In this document: positions 34,118-48,281 of the stretch, piece by piece
How positions within the stretch are numbered: the first letter of the stretch is position 1
Layout: each line of letters starts with the position of its first letter
Origin: Longimicrobiales bacterium
Lineage (GTDB): Bacteria > Gemmatimonadota > Gemmatimonadetes > Longimicrobiales > Gaopeijiaceae
Length of the DNA stretch: 64,000 bases
NCBI GenBank assembly: GCA_965218295.1
Contig: CBDCKN010000013.1
Coordinates: 416,001-480,000 of the forward strand
Direction of reading: 5' to 3'
The notes under the pieces: generated by a model
Seen by the model: only the letters and a program-made list of their open reading frames with translations
Told to the model about the DNA's origin: nothing
Databases searched by the model: none
Program-made: the position numbers and the translations under genes

Positions 34118-37100
34118 CTAGTCCGCAGTAACCTCCTCCAGCCCGATCAGCTCGCCCGGATCCACCAACGGAAGAATCTCCTCCTCGTAGAACGATTGCT
34201 CGACCATGAACTCCACGTCCTGATACCGATGGACACCGGTTCCGGCTGGGATGAGGTGACCGATGATGATGTTCTCCTTGAGCCCCTTCAGGTCGTCCCT
34301 GGCGCCCCGGACCGCGGCGTCCGTAAGCACGCGGGTCGTCTCCTGGAAGGAGGCGGCCGAGATGAAAGACTCGGTCGTGAGGCTCGCCTTGGTGATCCCC
34401 AGCAGCAGCGGCTCGGAGCGAGCCGGCTTCTTGCCGTCTTTGATCGACTTTCGGTTCACCTCGCGGAATTCGACCCGGTCGACGTTTTCCCCTTCCAGCA
34501 GCGCCGTCTCACCGGGATCGGTGATGCGGACCTTCTGGAGCATCTGCCGGACGATCACACCGATGTGCTTGTCGTTGATCTTCACGCCCTGCAGTCGGTA
34601 CACCTCCTGGATCTCGTTGAGCAGGTACTCCTGCACGGCACGGGGCCCACGGATCTTCAGGATGTCGTGCGGGTTGATGGGACCCTCGGACAGACGGTCA
34701 CCCGCCCGCACCCGGTCACCCTCGTGCACCCGCATGTGCTTGCCGACGGGCACCGGGTAAGCCCTCTCGTCCTCCTCCCCGGTGTCCGGCGTCACGATGA
34801 CTTCGCGCTTGCCTCGCTTGATGTCGCCGAAACGTACGTCGCCATCGATCTCCGTGATGACCGCCGGATCCTTCGGGCGACGCGCCTCGAAGAGCTCGGC
34901 AACGCGCGGCAGACCCCCAGTGATGTCTCGGGTCTTATACACCTCGCGGCTGATCTTGGCGATGGTGTCGCCGGGGTTGACCGCCTCACCGTCCCGGACC
35001 GTGAGCTGGGCGCCCATCGGGATGATGAACTCCCGGAGCTTCTCGGCCTTCTTCGTGCTCTTCCGAATCTGGATATTCGGGTGCAGCTTCTTGTCGCGAT
35101 CCTCGATGATCGTCATCTGGCGACGACCCGTGGACTCGTCCAGCTCCTCCCTCATGGTCTGCTCGTCGACGATGTCGATGAACTTCACGACCCCGCCGGA
35201 GTCGGCCACGATGGGCTCGGAATACGGATCCCAGCTGAAGAGCACGTCTCCGGACTCGATCACCTGCCCCTCTTCAGCCGCAAGCGTCGCGCCGTACGGC
35301 ACGCTCAGGCGACTACGGACCTGGCCCTCCGCCGTCTTGAGCAGGATCTGCCCCTCGCGTGAGGTCACGATCAGCTCGTCGTTGGGCGTAAGAACCGTGG
35401 TGACGCGCTCGAGAGACGCCACGCCGTCGATCTTCGAGCGACGCTGCGTCTGAGCCGCGATCCTGGCCGCCGTTCCTCCGATGTGGAACGTCCGCAGCGT
35501 GAGCTGCGTCCCGGGCTCACCGATCGACTGGGCCGCCAGAATCCCGACGGCCTCGCCGATGTCCACCAGCTGCATGGTGGCCAGGTTCCGGCCATAGCAC
35601 ATGTGGCAGAGGCCCCTCTTGGACTCACACGTCAGCACGGACCGGATCTTCACGACCTGAATCCCTGCGGCTTCGATGGCGTCCGCGGTCTCCTCTTCGA
35701 TGAGATGGCCGGCCTGGACCAGCAACTCTCCGTCGATGGGATCGTAGACGTCCTCGAGGGCCACGTTGCTCACGATTCGGTCCATGAGAGGCTCGATGAT
35801 GTCCTCACCCTCCTTGAGGGCGGTCATCTCGAGGCCGAGGATGGTACCGCAGTCTTCCCCGGTGATGGTCACGTCCTGGGCGACGTCGACGAGGCGGCGC
35901 GTGAGATACCCTGCGTCCGCCGTCTTCAGCGCCGTGTCGGCGAGACCCTTCCGCGCTCCGTGGGTCGAGATGAAGTACTCCACCACCGACAGCCCCTCGC
36001 GGAAGTTGGACTTGATGGGGCTCTCGATGATCTCGCCGATGCCACCGGTGAGCTTCTTTTGGGGCTTGGCCATGAGGCCACGCATCCCGGCGAGCTGCCG
36101 CATCTGGTCGCGGTTACCCCGCGCCCCGGAGGTCATCATCATGTAGACGGGGTTGAAGCCATCCTGAGAACGCTCCAGCCGCTTGACCATGGCGTCGGCT
36201 ACGTCGTTGTTGGCGTGGGTCCAGGTGTCGATGACCTTGTTGTACCGCTCACCGTTGGAGATGTAGCCGCTGGAGTACGCCTTCTGGAAGCGCGTGACCT
36301 GCTCGCTGGCTTCGTCCAGGATCTCCAGCTTCTCCTCCGGCACCTCGAGGTCGGCGATACCCACGCTGACCCCACCTATGGTGGCGTACCGGAAGCCGAA
36401 GTCCTTCAGATAGTCCAGGAACTCAGTCGTACGGCTCAGCCCCACGGTGGTGAAACTGTCGAAGATGAGGTCTCCCAACTCCTTCTTGCCGAACGTCTGG
36501 TTGAAGAAGCCCAGCTCCGCCGGGATGATGGAGTTGAACAGCACGCGTCCCGCCGTGCACCTGAGCCACTTGCCATCGTGGTCTCCGTCCTCCTCGGGAT
36601 GCTTCGGCACCCAGTACCAGCACGGGCTGTTGAACCGGAGCCAACCGCTCTCCAGCCCCATCTCCACCTCTCCGAACGTGGAGAAGTGGGGAACGTCGGC
36701 GTAGATCTGGTCAAGGCCCTCTTCGGCAGCGGCCCGAGCGTTCTTGGGCGCCTTGCTGTTGTACGCCACCTCCTCCAGGTCCGAGATCTCCAGGGCCGGC
36801 TTGGTGAGGTAGTACCCACCGATGACCATGTCCTGGGACGGCGCCGTGACCGGCCGGCCGTTGGATGGCAGCAGGATGTTGTTGCTCGATAGCATGAGCA
36901 CCCGCGCCTCGAGCTGCGCCTCGAACGACAGAGGTACGTGAACCGCCATCTGGTCCCCGTCGAAGTCGGCGTTGAACGCCGCGCACACGAGCGGGTGGAT
37001 CCGGATGGCCTTCCCCTCCACGAGCACGGGCTCGAACGCCTGGATGCCCAGCCGGTGGAGCGTCGGGGCCCGGTTCAGCAGCACTGGGTGGTCTTTGATG

Positions 37101-38413
37101 ATGTCCTCGAGGACTTCATAGACCTTCGGATCGTCACGCTCGACGATCTTCTTGGCTCTCTTGACCGTCTCGGCCTCGCCCCGCTTCTCGAGCTCGTGGA
37201 TGATGAACGGCTTGAACAGCTCCACGGCCATGGCCTTGGGCAGGCCGCACTGGTGCAGTTTGAGCTCGGGACCGACCACGATGACCGAGCGACCGGAGTA
37301 GTCCACCCGCTTCCCGAGCAGGTTCTGGCGGAAGCGTCCCTGCTTGCCCTTGAGCATGTCGGACAGTGACTTGAGGGGACGCTTGCCCCGACCGCGAATG
37401 GCCTTCGAACGACGCCCGTTGTCGAAGAGCGCGTCGACGGCCTCCTGAAGCATGCGCTTCTCATTCCGGAGGATGACCTCCGGGGCGCGCATGTCGATGA
37501 GCTTCTTGAGCCGGTTGTTCCGGTTGATGACCCGACGGTACAGGTCGTTCAGGTCGGAGGTGGCGAACCGTCCTCCGTCCAGCGGAACCAGAGGCCGAAG
37601 GTCGGGCGGAATCACCGGAATCACATCCATGACCATCCACTCGGGCCGGTTCCGTTGGCCCACGCTGCCGCCCGAGTTGCGTAAGGCGTCGACCACCTTG
37701 AGCCGCTTCAGCTTCTTCTTCTTGCGGTGCTGTGACGTCTCAGTGGCGATCTCGATCCGCAGCCAAAGTGCCAGGCGATCGAGGCCCTTGCCGTCGGAGT
37801 TGCGATCGTTGATCCGGCGCTCCGGGCTGTCGAGCATCTTGAGAAGCGTGCGAACCGCCTCGGCACCGATCTCGGCCTTGAACCTCTCGTCGCCCTTGTC
37901 TCGCGACTTCACCCGCAGATCGTAGTACTCGTCCTCGTCCAGGAGCTCGAGGAACTCGACATCCTGCTTGCCGGGGTGCGTCACCACGTACGAGGCGTAG
38001 TAGATCACCTTCTCCAGATCCCGCAGCGTCATCCCGACCAGGTACCCCAGCTGGCTGGGTAGCGTCTTGAAGAACCAGATGTGACAGATGGGCACTGCCA
38101 ACTCGATGTGGCCCATGCGCTCGCGGCGAACCTTGGAGAGCGTGACCTCGACCCCGCAGCGATCACAGACGTGTCCCCGGAACCGGATCCGCTTGAACTT
38201 CCCGCAGTGACACTCCCAGTCCTTCACCGGACCGAAGATGCGCTCACAGAACAGTCCGTCCCGCTCCGGCTTGAAGGACCGGTAGTTGATGGTCTCGGGC
38301 TTCGTCACCTCACCGAACGACCAGGAGCGGATCTCCTCGGGAGAGGCGATTCTGATCTGGATGAAGTCGAAGTCCGCGGAGCGCTGCTCGCTCGACCTGG
38401 GAAAATCGATCAT
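34118..38413 (-). CDS. rpoC: RNA polymerase subunit beta'
   Basis: NADFDGD catalytic motif, 1431 aa. Confidence 0.99.
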   Translation of the reverse strand: MIDFPRSSEQRSADFDFIQIRIASPEEIRSWSFGEVTKPETINYRSFKPERDGLFCERIFGPVKDWECHCGKFKRIRFRGHVCDRCGVEVTLSKVRRERMGHIELAVPICHIWFFKTLPSQLGYLVGMTLRDLEKVIYYASYVVTHPGKQDVEFLELLDEDEYYDLRVKSRDKGDERFKAEIGAEAVRTLLKMLDSPERRINDRNSDGKGLDRLALWLRIEIATETSQHRKKKKLKRLKVVDALRNSGGSVGQRNRPEWMVMDVIPVIPPDLRPLVPLDGGRFATSDLNDLYRRVINRNNRLKKLIDMRAPEVILRNEKRMLQEAVDALFDNGRRSKAIRGRGKRPLKSLSDMLKGKQGRFRQNLLGKRVDYSGRSVIVVGPELKLHQCGLPKAMAVELFKPFIIHELEKRGEAETVKRAKKIVERDDPKVYEVLEDIIKDHPVLLNRAPTLHRLGIQAFEPVLVEGKAIRIHPLVCAAFNADFDGDQMAVHVPLSFEAQLEARVLMLSSNNILLPSNGRPVTAPSQDMVIGGYYLTKPALEISDLEEVAYNSKAPKNARAAAEEGLDQIYADVPHFSTFGEVEMGLESGWLRFNSPCWYWVPKHPEEDGDHDGKWLRCTAGRVLFNSIIPAELGFFNQTFGKKELGDLIFDSFTTVGLSRTTEFLDYLKDFGFRYATIGGVSVGIADLEVPEEKLEILDEASEQVTRFQKAYSSGYISNGERYNKVIDTWTHANNDVADAMVKRLERSQDGFNPVYMMMTSGARGNRDQMRQLAGMRGLMAKPQKKLTGGIGEIIESPIKSNFREGLSVVEYFISTHGARKGLADTALKTADAGYLTRRLVDVAQDVTITGEDCGTILGLEMTALKEGEDIIEPLMDRIVSNVALEDVYDPIDGELLVQAGHLIEEETADAIEAAGIQVVKIRSVLTCESKRGLCHMCYGRNLATMQLVDIGEAVGILAAQSIGEPGTQLTLRTFHIGGTAARIAAQTQRRSKIDGVASLERVTTVLTPNDELIVTSREGQILLKTAEGQVRSRLSVPYGATLAAEEGQVIESGDVLFSWDPYSEPIVADSGGVVKFIDIVDEQTMREELDESTGRRQMTIIEDRDKKLHPNIQIRKSTKKAEKLREFIIPMGAQLTVRDGEAVNPGDTIAKISREVYKTRDITGGLPRVAELFEARRPKDPAVITEIDGDVRFGDIKRGKREVIVTPDTGEEDERAYPVPVGKHMRVHEGDRVRAGDRLSEGPINPHDILKIRGPRAVQEYLLNEIQEVYRLQGVKINDKHIGVIVRQMLQKVRITDPGETALLEGENVDRVEFREVNRKSIKDGKKPARSEPLLLGITKASLTTESFISAASFQETTRVLTDAAVRGARDDLKGLKENIIIGHLIPAGTGVHRYQDVEFMVEQSFYEEEILPLVDPGELIGLEEVTAD

Positions 38414-38416
38414 CGT

Positions 38417-41400
38417 CTATTCCTCCTGGCCGAGGGTTACGCTCAGGCCGAGGGCCTGCAGTTCTTTTACAAGCACGTTGAATGACTCCGGAATCCCAGG
38501 TTGGGGCAAGTTGTCTCCCTTCACGACGGCCTCGTAGACCTTCGAGCGGCCCGCCACGTCGTCAGACTTCACAGTGAGGATCTCCTGGAGCGTGTGTGCG
38601 GCGCCGTACGCCTCCAGCGCCCAAACCTCCATCTCCCCGAATCGCTGGCCGCCGAACTGGGCCTTGCCGGCCAGCGGCTGCTGCGTCACCAAGGAATAAG
38701 GTCCGATGCTCCGGGCGTGGATCTTGTCATCCACCAGGTGGCTGAGCTTCAGCATGTAGATCATGCCGACGGTGACGGGGAAGTCGAACTGCCGCCCGCT
38801 GCGTCCGTCCCTCAGGAACACCTTTCCGTTGGGCAGGATGCTCGCCGATTCCATGATCTCGAGGGCGGCTGCGTCGAGTCCCTCGTCCAGCTTCTGCTTC
38901 CGATTGAGGTGCGCGATGGCGGGGAACTCCTCCGAGAACGTTCCGTCCCGGCGCTCGGCCAACTCCTTCCCCGCTTCGACCAGGTAGTGCCTGAGCGCAT
39001 CGAAGAAGACGGCCTGCGACTTCGAGAACTTGAGCTTCAGGTAGGCGTCCAAAGTCCGTCCGATCCCGCTCTTGGAAGAGCCTACATCGTTCCCGTTGCC
39101 GTGGGCCCGGACCTCCCTCGCGGGTAGGTCATGGGCCAGGTCGATGAGCCCGATCGTGGACTCGGCGTCGAGGGCCGGCATCTCCGCCTTGATGTCGAGG
39201 CGCTGATGGGCCCACCGGAGACCTGCGACCTTGAGAAGAAGGCCCACCTCGTCCTCGGAAGCCCCGTGGAAGACGGGCGTCTTGGCCTCGAATCCCAGGA
39301 CACGGGCCGCCCACCCCAGGTGCGTCTCCAGGACCTGTCCCACATTCATGCGCGAGGGCACGCCCAACGGGTTGAGCACGATCTCGACGGGCGTCCCGTC
39401 GGGAAGGAACGGCATATCCTCCTCGGGAGCGATCCGAGCGATGATGCCCTTGTTCCCATGCCGCCCGGCCATCTTGTCGCCTACGGAGATCTTCCGCTTC
39501 TCGGCGATGTAGACCTTTGCGAGCTGGACCACGCCCGGCGGCAGCTCGTCGGGCTGGAAGACCTTGTCGATCTGTTCCTCGGTCTTCCCCTTCACCCGCT
39601 CGATCCGGTTCTTGGCCTCGTCGACCACGCGCCGGACGCGCCCGCTTGCCTCCTTGCTCTTCACCTTGAGGGTGTTCAGGTCGAGCTTATTGAACTGCAA
39701 CCCCTCCAAGATCTCCCTCGTGAGCTTCGTGCGGTCTTCGAAGTACGGCTCAACGGTCCCTTTCTTGAGGGCCAGGGCCACGGTGTTCAGGTGGAGGATC
39801 TCACGTAGCTCTTCATCCCGAGCGGCGCTGGTGCGACTGATCTCCTCCCGCTCCTGCTGGCGAAGCTCACCGATCCGTGCCCCGTGCTCCTTCTCGAGAA
39901 GGGGATCGTCGATGCGTCGCGAGAAGATCTTCACGTCGATGACAGTGCCGCTCATTCCCGGAGGAACGCGCAGGGACGAGTCCTTCACGTCCTTGGCCTT
40001 CTCACCGAAGATGGCCGTCAGGAGCTTCTCCTCAGGCGAGAGCTCGGTCTCACCCTTGGGCGTGATCTTGCCCACCAGGATGTCACCACTCGTCAGGCGA
40101 GCGCCGGTCCGGACGATTCCACGCTCGTCCAGATCGACCAGGCTCTCCTCGGCCACGTTCGGGATTTCGCGGGTGATCTCCTCCATCCCGCGCTTCGTGT
40201 CCCTGACGTGCAACTCGAGCTCCTGAATGTGGATAGACGTGAACACGTCCTCCTTCACCAGCTTCTCGCTGATGACGATGGCGTCCTCGTAGTTGTATCC
40301 GTACCAGGGCATGAAGGAGACGAGCACGTTGCGGCCCAGCGCCAGCTCCCCATTGTCCGTTGAAGGCCCGTCGGCGATGATGTCGCCGGGCTGGATCTCC
40401 TGGCCGTCCTCCACCAGGGGACGCTGGTTGATGGCCGTGTCCTGGTTGGTGCGCCAGAACTTCTTGAGACGGTAGCGATCGTACTGGGCCAGCTTGGCCA
40501 GTGGCTGTTCGGTCTTGCCAGGCGTCACGGAGCCGGTGTCGATGACGATCTCTTCGGCCGTCACGTGGGCGACTCGTCCCCCGCGGCGGGCCGTGATGAC
40601 CGCACCCGAGTCCCTGGCCACCTTGAACTCGAGGCCGGTACCCACCAACGGTGCGTCCGTGTAGAGGAGCGGCACAGCCTGGCGCTGCATGTTCGAGCCC
40701 ATGAGCGCTCGGTTGGCATCGTCGTGTTCGAGGAACGGGATCAACGCGGCGGCCACGGACACGAGCTGGTCGGGCGCCACGTCCATATAGTCGATGACCC
40801 CGGGCCGGAGCAGCGGGAAGTCTCCCCGCTCCCGGCAGAGGACGAACTCATTGACGAATTTTCCCCTGTCGTCCAGCGGCGCGTTGGCCTGGGCGATCCG
40901 CGACTCTTCCTCTTCGTTGGCCGAAAGCCACTCGATCTGGTTGGTGACCTTGCCCTTCTGCACCTTACGGTACGGAGTCTCGACGAAGCCCAGCTCGTTG
41001 ATCCGGCTGTACGTCGTGAGGGAGGTGATGAGTCCGATGTTGGGACCCTCGGGGGTCTCGATGGGGCACATGCGCCCGTAGTGGGAGTAGTGCACGTCCC
41101 GGACCTCGAAGCCGGCGCGCTCCCGCGTGAGGCCGCCGGGCCCCAGGGCGGATAGGCGCCGCTTGTGCGTCAGCTCGGCCAGCGGGTTCGTCTGGTCCAT
41201 GAACTGACTGAGCTGAGAAGATCCGAAGAAGGCCTGGATGACGGCCGAGACCGTCCGGGCGTTCACCAGGTCGTCGATGTTGACCTTCTCCGGATCCGTG
41301 TTGATGGACATGCGCTCTTTGACGAGCCGCGCCATCCGGGAGAGCCCCACCGAGAACTGGTTCGCGATGAGCTCACCCACAGTCCTGACCCGTCGGTTGC

Positions 41401-42610
41401 CGAGATGGTCGATGTCGTCGGTGCTCCCGCGGCCCTCACTCAGCTCGATGAGGTACCGGAGAATCTCGATGAAGTCCTCTTTGTTGAGGACCGTCTCGTG
41501 GGCAGGCGCGTTGACGCCCAGGTGCTTGTTGATCTTGTAGCGGCCCACGCGGCCGAGATCATAGCGCTTGGGGTTGAAGAAGACGCGCTCCAGTGCCAAG
41601 CGGGCCGTCTCTATGTTGGGCGCGTCTCCGGGCCGCAAGAGCGAGTAGATGGCGTTGAGTGCCTCCTCCTCGCTGTCGGTCGGGTCCTTCCGGAGGGTGT
41701 TCTTCACAATGGGGCTTTCGCCACGACCCGAATCCCGTTCGCTGGCGTAGATCTTGATTCTCTTCCGGCCAGCCCTCTCCAGCCGCTCGGCCGCCTCTTC
41801 GTCGATCTCGGTGGCCTCTTCGACCAACACCTCACCGGTATCGCGATCGATGATCTCCTCGGCGATGACCGACCCGAGGATCTCCTTCAAGCCCTGCTTA
41901 TCGACTGTTCGGGGATCCACGTTCTTCGTCGTGAAGAAGATCTGGTAGATGTCCGAGTCCGTTCCGTAGCCGAACGCCCTCAGAAGCGCCGTGGCCGGGA
42001 ACTTCTTCTTTTTGTCGATGTGGACGTAGCAGATGTCGTTGATGTCGATCGTGAACTCGACCCACGACCCCCTGAACGGGATGATCCGGGCGCTGTGCAG
42101 CTTCGTCCCGTTGGGGTGGATGCTCTCCTCGAACACCACGCCGGGCGAGCGGTGCAGCTGGCTGACAACAACCCGCTCGGCGCCGTTGATGATGAAGGTA
42201 CCCAGCTCGGTGAGGAGGGGCAGGTCACCGAGATAGACCTCTTTCTCGATGATGTCGCCTGGGCGCTTTTCGCCCCCTTCCAGCTCCTCCCAGACGATGA
42301 GACGCAGCTTCGCCTTGAGAGGCGCGGCATACGTCGTGTCCCGCTCGATGCACTCCTCGACCGAGTACTTCGGCTCACCCAGTGAGGCAGTGACGTACTC
42401 GAGCGTGAAGTTCTCGTGCACGTCTGATATGGGGAAGATCTCCGCGAATACCCTGTCAAGTCCGAAATCCCACTGCTCCGTGGGATCCGCGTCCTGCTCC
42501 ACGAGCTTCTCGAAAGAGCGGAGCTGGACGTCCAACAGATTGGGCATCGGCATAACCGACTTGAGCTTCGCGAAGCTCACTACCGGACGATCATCTTTCC
42601 TAATATCCAA
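38417..42610 (-). CDS. rpoB: RNA polymerase subunit beta
   Basis: [30 protein letters not shown]. Confidence 0.99.
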   Translation of the reverse strand: MDIRKDDRPVVSFAKLKSVMPMPNLLDVQLRSFEKLVEQDADPTEQWDFGLDRVFAEIFPISDVHENFTLEYVTASLGEPKYSVEECIERDTTYAAPLKAKLRLIVWEELEGGEKRPGDIIEKEVYLGDLPLLTELGTFIINGAERVVVSQLHRSPGVVFEESIHPNGTKLHSARIIPFRGSWVEFTIDINDICYVHIDKKKKFPATALLRAFGYGTDSDIYQIFFTTKNVDPRTVDKQGLKEILGSVIAEEIIDRDTGEVLVEEATEIDEEAAERLERAGRKRIKIYASERDSGRGESPIVKNTLRKDPTDSEEEALNAIYSLLRPGDAPNIETARLALERVFFNPKRYDLGRVGRYKINKHLGVNAPAHETVLNKEDFIEILRYLIELSEGRGSTDDIDHLGNRRVRTVGELIANQFSVGLSRMARLVKERMSINTDPEKVNIDDLVNARTVSAVIQAFFGSSQLSQFMDQTNPLAELTHKRRLSALGPGGLTRERAGFEVRDVHYSHYGRMCPIETPEGPNIGLITSLTTYSRINELGFVETPYRKVQKGKVTNQIEWLSANEEEESRIAQANAPLDDRGKFVNEFVLCRERGDFPLLRPGVIDYMDVAPDQLVSVAAALIPFLEHDDANRALMGSNMQRQAVPLLYTDAPLVGTGLEFKVARDSGAVITARRGGRVAHVTAEEIVIDTGSVTPGKTEQPLAKLAQYDRYRLKKFWRTNQDTAINQRPLVEDGQEIQPGDIIADGPSTDNGELALGRNVLVSFMPWYGYNYEDAIVISEKLVKEDVFTSIHIQELELHVRDTKRGMEEITREIPNVAEESLVDLDERGIVRTGARLTSGDILVGKITPKGETELSPEEKLLTAIFGEKAKDVKDSSLRVPPGMSGTVIDVKIFSRRIDDPLLEKEHGARIGELRQQEREEISRTSAARDEELREILHLNTVALALKKGTVEPYFEDRTKLTREILEGLQFNKLDLNTLKVKSKEASGRVRRVVDEAKNRIERVKGKTEEQIDKVFQPDELPPGVVQLAKVYIAEKRKISVGDKMAGRHGNKGIIARIAPEEDMPFLPDGTPVEIVLNPLGVPSRMNVGQVLETHLGWAARVLGFEAKTPVFHGASEDEVGLLLKVAGLRWAHQRLDIKAEMPALDAESTIGLIDLAHDLPAREVRAHGNGNDVGSSKSGIGRTLDAYLKLKFSKSQAVFFDALRHYLVEAGKELAERRDGTFSEEFPAIAHLNRKQKLDEGLDAAALEIMESASILPNGKVFLRDGRSGRQFDFPVTVGMIYMLKLSHLVDDKIHARSIGPYSLVTQQPLAGKAQFGGQRFGEMEVWALEAYGAAHTLQEILTVKSDDVAGRSKVYEAVVKGDNLPQPGIPESFNVLVKELQALGLSVTLGQEE

Positions 42611-42815
42611 GGGTTTCCCCCTTTTCTGGCCTGAACCCCGAGGGGAGGCCGAGCGAGCACATGTTCGACAACGGATGAAGCGAACGAATCCCGGGGACGT
42701 ACGCGTATGTCTCCGGAGGCCGACGCGTGTTGGCCCTGCAGTGATGAACCCGAGATCTGGCGGGTCTCACTCGACGTCTCGCAGCCGGCCGAGAGGTAAC
42801 GTCACGGGGTGTGAC

Positions 42816-43193
42816 CTACCTCAGCGCAACGGCTGCGCCCTGTTCCTCCAGCTTCGCTTTGATCTGCTCAGCCTCGTCCTTCGTGACGGCCTCTCTGACG
42901 GTGCTCGGGGCTCCGTCGACGAGGTCCTTGGCTTCCTTCAGGCCCAGGCTAGTGACCTCGCGGACCACCTTGATGACCTGGATCTTCTTGTCGCCAATGC
43001 CTTCGAGCACAACGTCGAACTCGGTCTGCTCCTCGACAGCGTCCGCCCCGGTCGCGGGCCCGCCCGCGGCTGCCACGGGGGCGGCCAGGGCAGTGACGTT
43101 GAACTTGTCCTTGAACGCGTCGACGAACTCCGACAGCTCGAGGATAGTCATGTTGCCGATGGTCTCGAGAAGCTCTTCGTGGTTGGTAGCCAT
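42816..43193 (-). CDS. rplL: 50S ribosomal protein L7/L12
   Basis: [24 protein letters not shown]. Confidence 0.98.
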   Translation of the reverse strand: MATNHEELLETIGNMTILELSEFVDAFKDKFNVTALAAPVAAAGGPATGADAVEEQTEFDVVLEGIGDKKIQVIKVVREVTSLGLKEAKDLVDGAPSTVREAVTKDEAEQIKAKLEEQGAAVALR

Positions 43194-43296
43194 GATCGTG
43201 GCTCTCTCCTCAGTTCACCCGGCCTCGGGCCAGGGTTGGGCGTGAATTCCCGGTTGTCACCTTGTTTGCCAGGAGGCTCCTCCATGTACCAGGAGG

Positions 43297-43827
43297 CTAC
43301 TCCCCCTCCCTCTCCTTCTGCTGCTTGAGAGCATCCAGGAGACCGGACATCTCCTGAAGCTTGCTCTCCAGGGCGCTCGCCAGCGCAGCCATGGGCGCTT
43401 CGAGGGCTCCGGCCAGCTCGGCCAGGAGCTGCTCCCTAGGCGGTAGCTGAGCCAAACGGACGATCTCGTCGGCCGAAACCACCTTGTCGTCGAGGAGGCC
43501 GAGCTTGAAGACCGGCTTGTCGCCGTGCTCCTTGGCGAAGTCGCTGATGATCTTCGCGGGCTCGACGACCCCCCCGTAGCCCAACACGACCCCGGTGGGG
43601 CCTAGGAGGGCATCGGTAATGTCCGGTACCTGCAGCCCTTCGAGGGCGCGCTTGACCAGGCGGTTCTTCACCACCAGGTACTCGGCCCCGGAAGCCCGGA
43701 GGTTCTGCCGGAGGCTCGTCATGGACTTCACGTCTAGGCCGGTGAAGTCGGTGAGGTACATCACCGGAGCCTGTTCGACTTTCTCGCGGAAATCCACGAC
43801 GAAGCTTTCTTTTTCCGCACGGTTCAT
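43297..43827 (-). CDS. rplJ: 50S ribosomal protein L10
   Basis: VVKNRLVKRAL, LAQLPPREQLLA. Confidence 0.96.
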   Translation of the reverse strand: MNRAEKESFVVDFREKVEQAPVMYLTDFTGLDVKSMTSLRQNLRASGAEYLVVKNRLVKRALEGLQVPDITDALLGPTGVVLGYGGVVEPAKIISDFAKEHGDKPVFKLGLLDDKVVSADEIVRLAQLPPREQLLAELAGALEAPMAALASALESKLQEMSGLLDALKQQKEREGE

Positions 43828-44526
43828 CTATGGGCTCCGGCGAAACAGGTTGGGATCGATTGGGACGCCGGGTCCCATGGTGCTGGAGACCGTGATGCTC
43901 CTCACGTACGTGCCCTTGGACGCTGATGGCTTGGCCCGAACGATGGAGTCCATGATGGCGCCCAGGTTGTCCCGCAACTGATCGGGTGAGAACGAGACGC
44001 GGCCGATGGGCGCGTGCACGTTCCCGGTCTTGTCCACGCGGTACTCGATCTTCCCGCCCTTGATCTCCTTCACGGCACGACCGACGTCGAAGGTCACCGT
44101 TCCACCCTTGGGAGTCGGCATGAGTCCCCGGGGGCCGAGAATCCGACCGAGGGGCCCCACCTTGCCCATAAGATCCGGAGTGGCGACGCACACGTCGAAC
44201 TCCAACCACCCTTGTTGGATCTTGTCGACGTACTCGGTGCCCACATAGTCGGCACCGGCTTCCGCCGCCTCGGTCTCCTTCTCGCCCTGTGCGATCACCA
44301 ACACGCGAACAGTCTTACCCGTGCCGTGAGGAAGGACGACGGTGCCCCGCACGATCTGATCGGCCTTGCGGGGATCCACGTTCAAGCAAGTGGCGACCTC
44401 GACTGTCTCATCGAACTTGGCCGACGCCATATCCTTGACCATCTGGACCGCTTCGTCGGGCTTGAACTGGACGCCTACAGGCACTTTGGCCTTGGCGTCA
44501 CGGAATCTCTTACCGTGTTTTGGCAT
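43828..44526 (-). CDS. rplA: 50S ribosomal protein L1
   Basis: [23 protein letters not shown]. Start trimmed to MPKHGK. Confidence 0.97.
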   Translation of the reverse strand: MPKHGKRFRDAKAKVPVGVQFKPDEAVQMVKDMASAKFDETVEVATCLNVDPRKADQIVRGTVVLPHGTGKTVRVLVIAQGEKETEAAEAGADYVGTEYVDKIQQGWLEFDVCVATPDLMGKVGPLGRILGPRGLMPTPKGGTVTFDVGRAVKEIKGGKIEYRVDKTGNVHAPIGRVSFSPDQLRDNLGAIMDSIVRAKPSASKGTYVRSITVSSTMGPGVPIDPNLFRRSP

Positions 44527-44599
44527 GGCCCTGAGCCAGCTTGTTCGTCCTCCCACCCGTGGCGGCTCACATCGAGTGGTTCCGTGGACTTCTCCAGCA

Positions 44600-44686
44600 G
44601 GGGGCGCGTCGGGGATTTCCTCCTCGCTCCCTGCTGTTCGCTTCGCTCTCAGATGGTCGCTGCGGGAAAATCCCCGACGCACCCCC
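44600..44686. repeat. Long hairpin between rplK and rplA with a GAGCGAAGCG-containing loop (minus strand)
   Basis: GGGGGCGCGTCGGGGATTTCC ... GGAAAATCCCCGACGCACCCCC. Confidence 0.75.
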
Positions 44687-44752
44687 CCTGAGAAGTCACT
44701 GCACAGCGTATTTGCTTCTAGACAGCGTTTCGCTTCTGTTTTGTACCTCTTC

Positions 44753-45292
44753 TTAGCCTTGTACCGCTTCCTGGATTTGTACGTCTTGCTGGCTTGGTGC
44801 CTCATCCTGCTCCTGGCCTTCTACCTCTTCCTGGCTTCGTACCTCTATCTGGTCTCGTGCCTCTCCTGAGCCTTGTACCACGATGCCCATGGAGCGGGCG
44901 GTTCCGGAGAGCATCCGGACGGCGGCGTCCATGTCCGTCGTATTTAAGTCGACCATCTTGGTCTCGGCGATCTCCTCGAGCTGCTTCCGGGTGACCGTGC
45001 CCACCTTTTCTCTGTTGGGCTCACCCGACGCCTTCTGGAGACCCGCAGCCTTCTTGATGAGGAAGGACGCCGGCGGCGTCTTGGTAATGAAGGTAAACGA
45101 CCGGTCCGAATAGACCGTGATCTCCACCGGAATCGTCACGCCGGGCTGCTGCTGAGTCTTGGAGTTGAACTGCTTGCAGAACTCCATGATGTTCAGGCCG
45201 TGCTGGCCCAGCGCTGGCCCCACGGGCGGCGCCGGGTTCGCCTGGCCTCCCGCGACGTGAAGCTTGATGAAACCGGTGACCTTCTTCGCCAT
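44753..45292 (-). CDS. rplK: 50S ribosomal protein L11 with a repeat-derived acidic tail
   Basis: [23 protein letters not shown]. Confidence 0.97.
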   Translation of the reverse strand: MAKKVTGFIKLHVAGGQANPAPPVGPALGQHGLNIMEFCKQFNSKTQQQPGVTIPVEITVYSDRSFTFITKTPPASFLIKKAAGLQKASGEPNREKVGTVTRKQLEEIAETKMVDLNTTDMDAAVRMLSGTARSMGIVVQGSGEARDQIEVRSQEEVEGQEQDEAPSQQDVQIQEAVQG

Positions 45293-45324
45293 TTTCTATT
45301 CCTGAGACGTTGCCGACAGGGTCT

Positions 45325-45876
45325 CTAGAACCCCTTCAACTGCGTGTAATCCAGCTCGACTGAGGTGGGCCGCCCGAAGAGCGAAACCTCGACCTTGACC
45401 TTGCCCTTTTCCGAGTAGACCTCCTGGATCGTCCCGGAGAAGTCGCTGAAGGGACCCTGCACGACCTCAACGACCTGCCCGACGTGGAACGGGATCTCCT
45501 CCTGTGTCCCGTCGTCCTCCTTCTCCACCTCGATCCCGAGGATCTTGTTGATCTCGTCCTCGTGTAGAGGCTGCGGTGACTTCCCCGCGCCGACAAACTT
45601 GATGACCCCCTGGATGTTGTTGATGGTGTGCATGGTCCTCTCGTTGAGATCCATGTTCACCAGCACGTATCCGGGGTACAAGCGCTTCGTGACCGTGACG
45701 CGCTTTCCGTTGCGAATCTCGACCACGTCCTGTGTCGGGACGACCACGTCCCGGATCTCCTTGCCCTCGGCCTCGCCGGTCTCGTCTTCGATCCGACGCT
45801 GAATCAGCTTCTGGACCTTGTTCTCATGCCCTGAGTAGGTCTGGATCGCGTACCACTTGGAGTAAGCCATGATCAT
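45325..45876 (-). CDS. nusG: Transcription termination/antitermination factor NusG
   Basis: WYAIQTYSGHENKV, YPGYVLV, FGRPTSVEL. Confidence 0.98.
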   Translation of the reverse strand: MIMAYSKWYAIQTYSGHENKVQKLIQRRIEDETGEAEGKEIRDVVVPTQDVVEIRNGKRVTVTKRLYPGYVLVNMDLNERTMHTINNIQGVIKFVGAGKSPQPLHEDEINKILGIEVEKEDDGTQEEIPFHVGQVVEVVQGPFSDFSGTIQEVYSEKGKVKVEVSLFGRPTSVELDYTQLKGF

Positions 45877-45887
45877 TTGCGTCGTAC

Positions 45888-46100
45888 TCAGGCCCCGAAG
45901 ATGCCCATGATGAAGTTGATCACCGTCCGGGACGCCACGTCCATTACCCAGATGATCGCCGAGATCAGAAACACGAAGGCGATCACCACCAGGGTGGCAC
46001 TCTTGAGCTGCTCGTAGTCCGGCCAGGTCACCTTGGCCAGCTCATCCCAGCACTCCTCCACAAAGTCCCGGGTAGCAGTGATTTTTTCGCTGATAGCCAT
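45888..46100 (-). CDS. secE: Preprotein translocase SecE
   Basis: ELAKVTWP motif plus a transmembrane helix. Confidence 0.95.
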   Translation of the reverse strand: MAISEKITATRDFVEECWDELAKVTWPDYEQLKSATLVVIAFVFLISAIIWVMDVASRTVINFIMGIFGA

Positions 46101-46111
46101 GCGCCGACTCG

Positions 46112-46259
46112 CTACTTGGTCTCTTTATGCGCCCTGTGCTGCTTGCACCGCGGGCAGTACTTACGCTGCTCGACCCGCTCCGGGTGCAGGCGCTTGTTCT
46201 TCGTCGTGTGGTAGTTCCGCTCCTCGCACTCCGTACACGCGAGGATAATCTTGTCTCTA

Positions 46260-46264
<5 letters not shown>
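46112..46264 (-). CDS. rpmG: 50S ribosomal protein L33
   Basis: Manual translation: [50 protein letters not shown] (50 aa). Confidence 0.97.
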
Positions 46265-47835
<1,571 letters not shown>

Positions 47836-47890
47836 CATTCCCCTCGTCGCGTTGGTTCGCTTCCTTCGTTGTTCCCCTGCAGCACCTGAG

Positions 47891-47962
47891 AGCTCCGACC
47901 GGGATTTGAACCCGGGACCTCCTCCTTACCAAGGAGGCGCTCTACCACTGAGCTATCGGAGC
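47891..47962 (-). tRNA. tRNA-Thr(GGT)
   Basis: GCTCCGATAGCTCAGTGGTAGAGC...TTGGTAA...GGTTCAAATCCC; folds as a cloverleaf. Confidence 0.96.
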
Positions 47963-47976
47963 GCCACCCACAATAG

Positions 47977-48050
47977 AGCGGGAGACGGGACTCGAACCCG
48001 CGACCCTCAGCTTGGAAGGCTGATGCTCTAGCCAACTGAGCTACTCCCGC
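47977..48050 (-). tRNA. tRNA-Gly(TCC)
   Basis: GCGGGAGTAGCTCAGTTGGCTAGAGC...CTTCCAA...GGTTCGAGTCCC. Confidence 0.96.
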
Positions 48051-48076
48051 AAAGCAACCGTCCGTTGGGACTCAAG

Positions 48077-48158
48077 TGGTGGGGGTAGGATTCGAACCTA
48101 CGAAGGCTAAGCCAGCAGATTTACAGTCTGCCCCGTTTGACCGCTTCGGTACCCCACC
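48077..48158 (-). tRNA. tRNA-Tyr(GTA)
   Basis: GGTGGGGTACCGAAGCGGTCAAACGG...CTGTAAA..., long variable arm, GGTTCGAATCC. Confidence 0.96.
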
Positions 48159-48252
48159 GGCTACCGATCCGGTGCCTCTACCCCGCGACCTCCTTCTCCC
48201 CGGAACAAAGCAAGCCGCCCGACGCAGGCGGCCTTTTCCAGGCAAGCTTGAT

Positions 48253-48281
48253 AAGTTAACGACTCGATAAACCGTCATCAA
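48253..48281 (-). promoter_or_regulatory. Putative sigma70 promoter of the tRNA-tuf operon
   Basis: Minus strand TTGATG-N17-TAACTT; same -10 hexamer as the rpsL promoter. Confidence 0.55.

Noticed and set aside
42611..42815. rplL-rpoB spacer as a named cis-regulatory RNA
   Set aside because: Some short stems are present, but none can be assigned without a covariance-model search.
44730..44880. Periodic repeats as a possible CRISPR array
   Set aside because: Degenerate head-to-tail 18-nt units with no unique spacers, mostly inside rplK, and no cas genes in the window.
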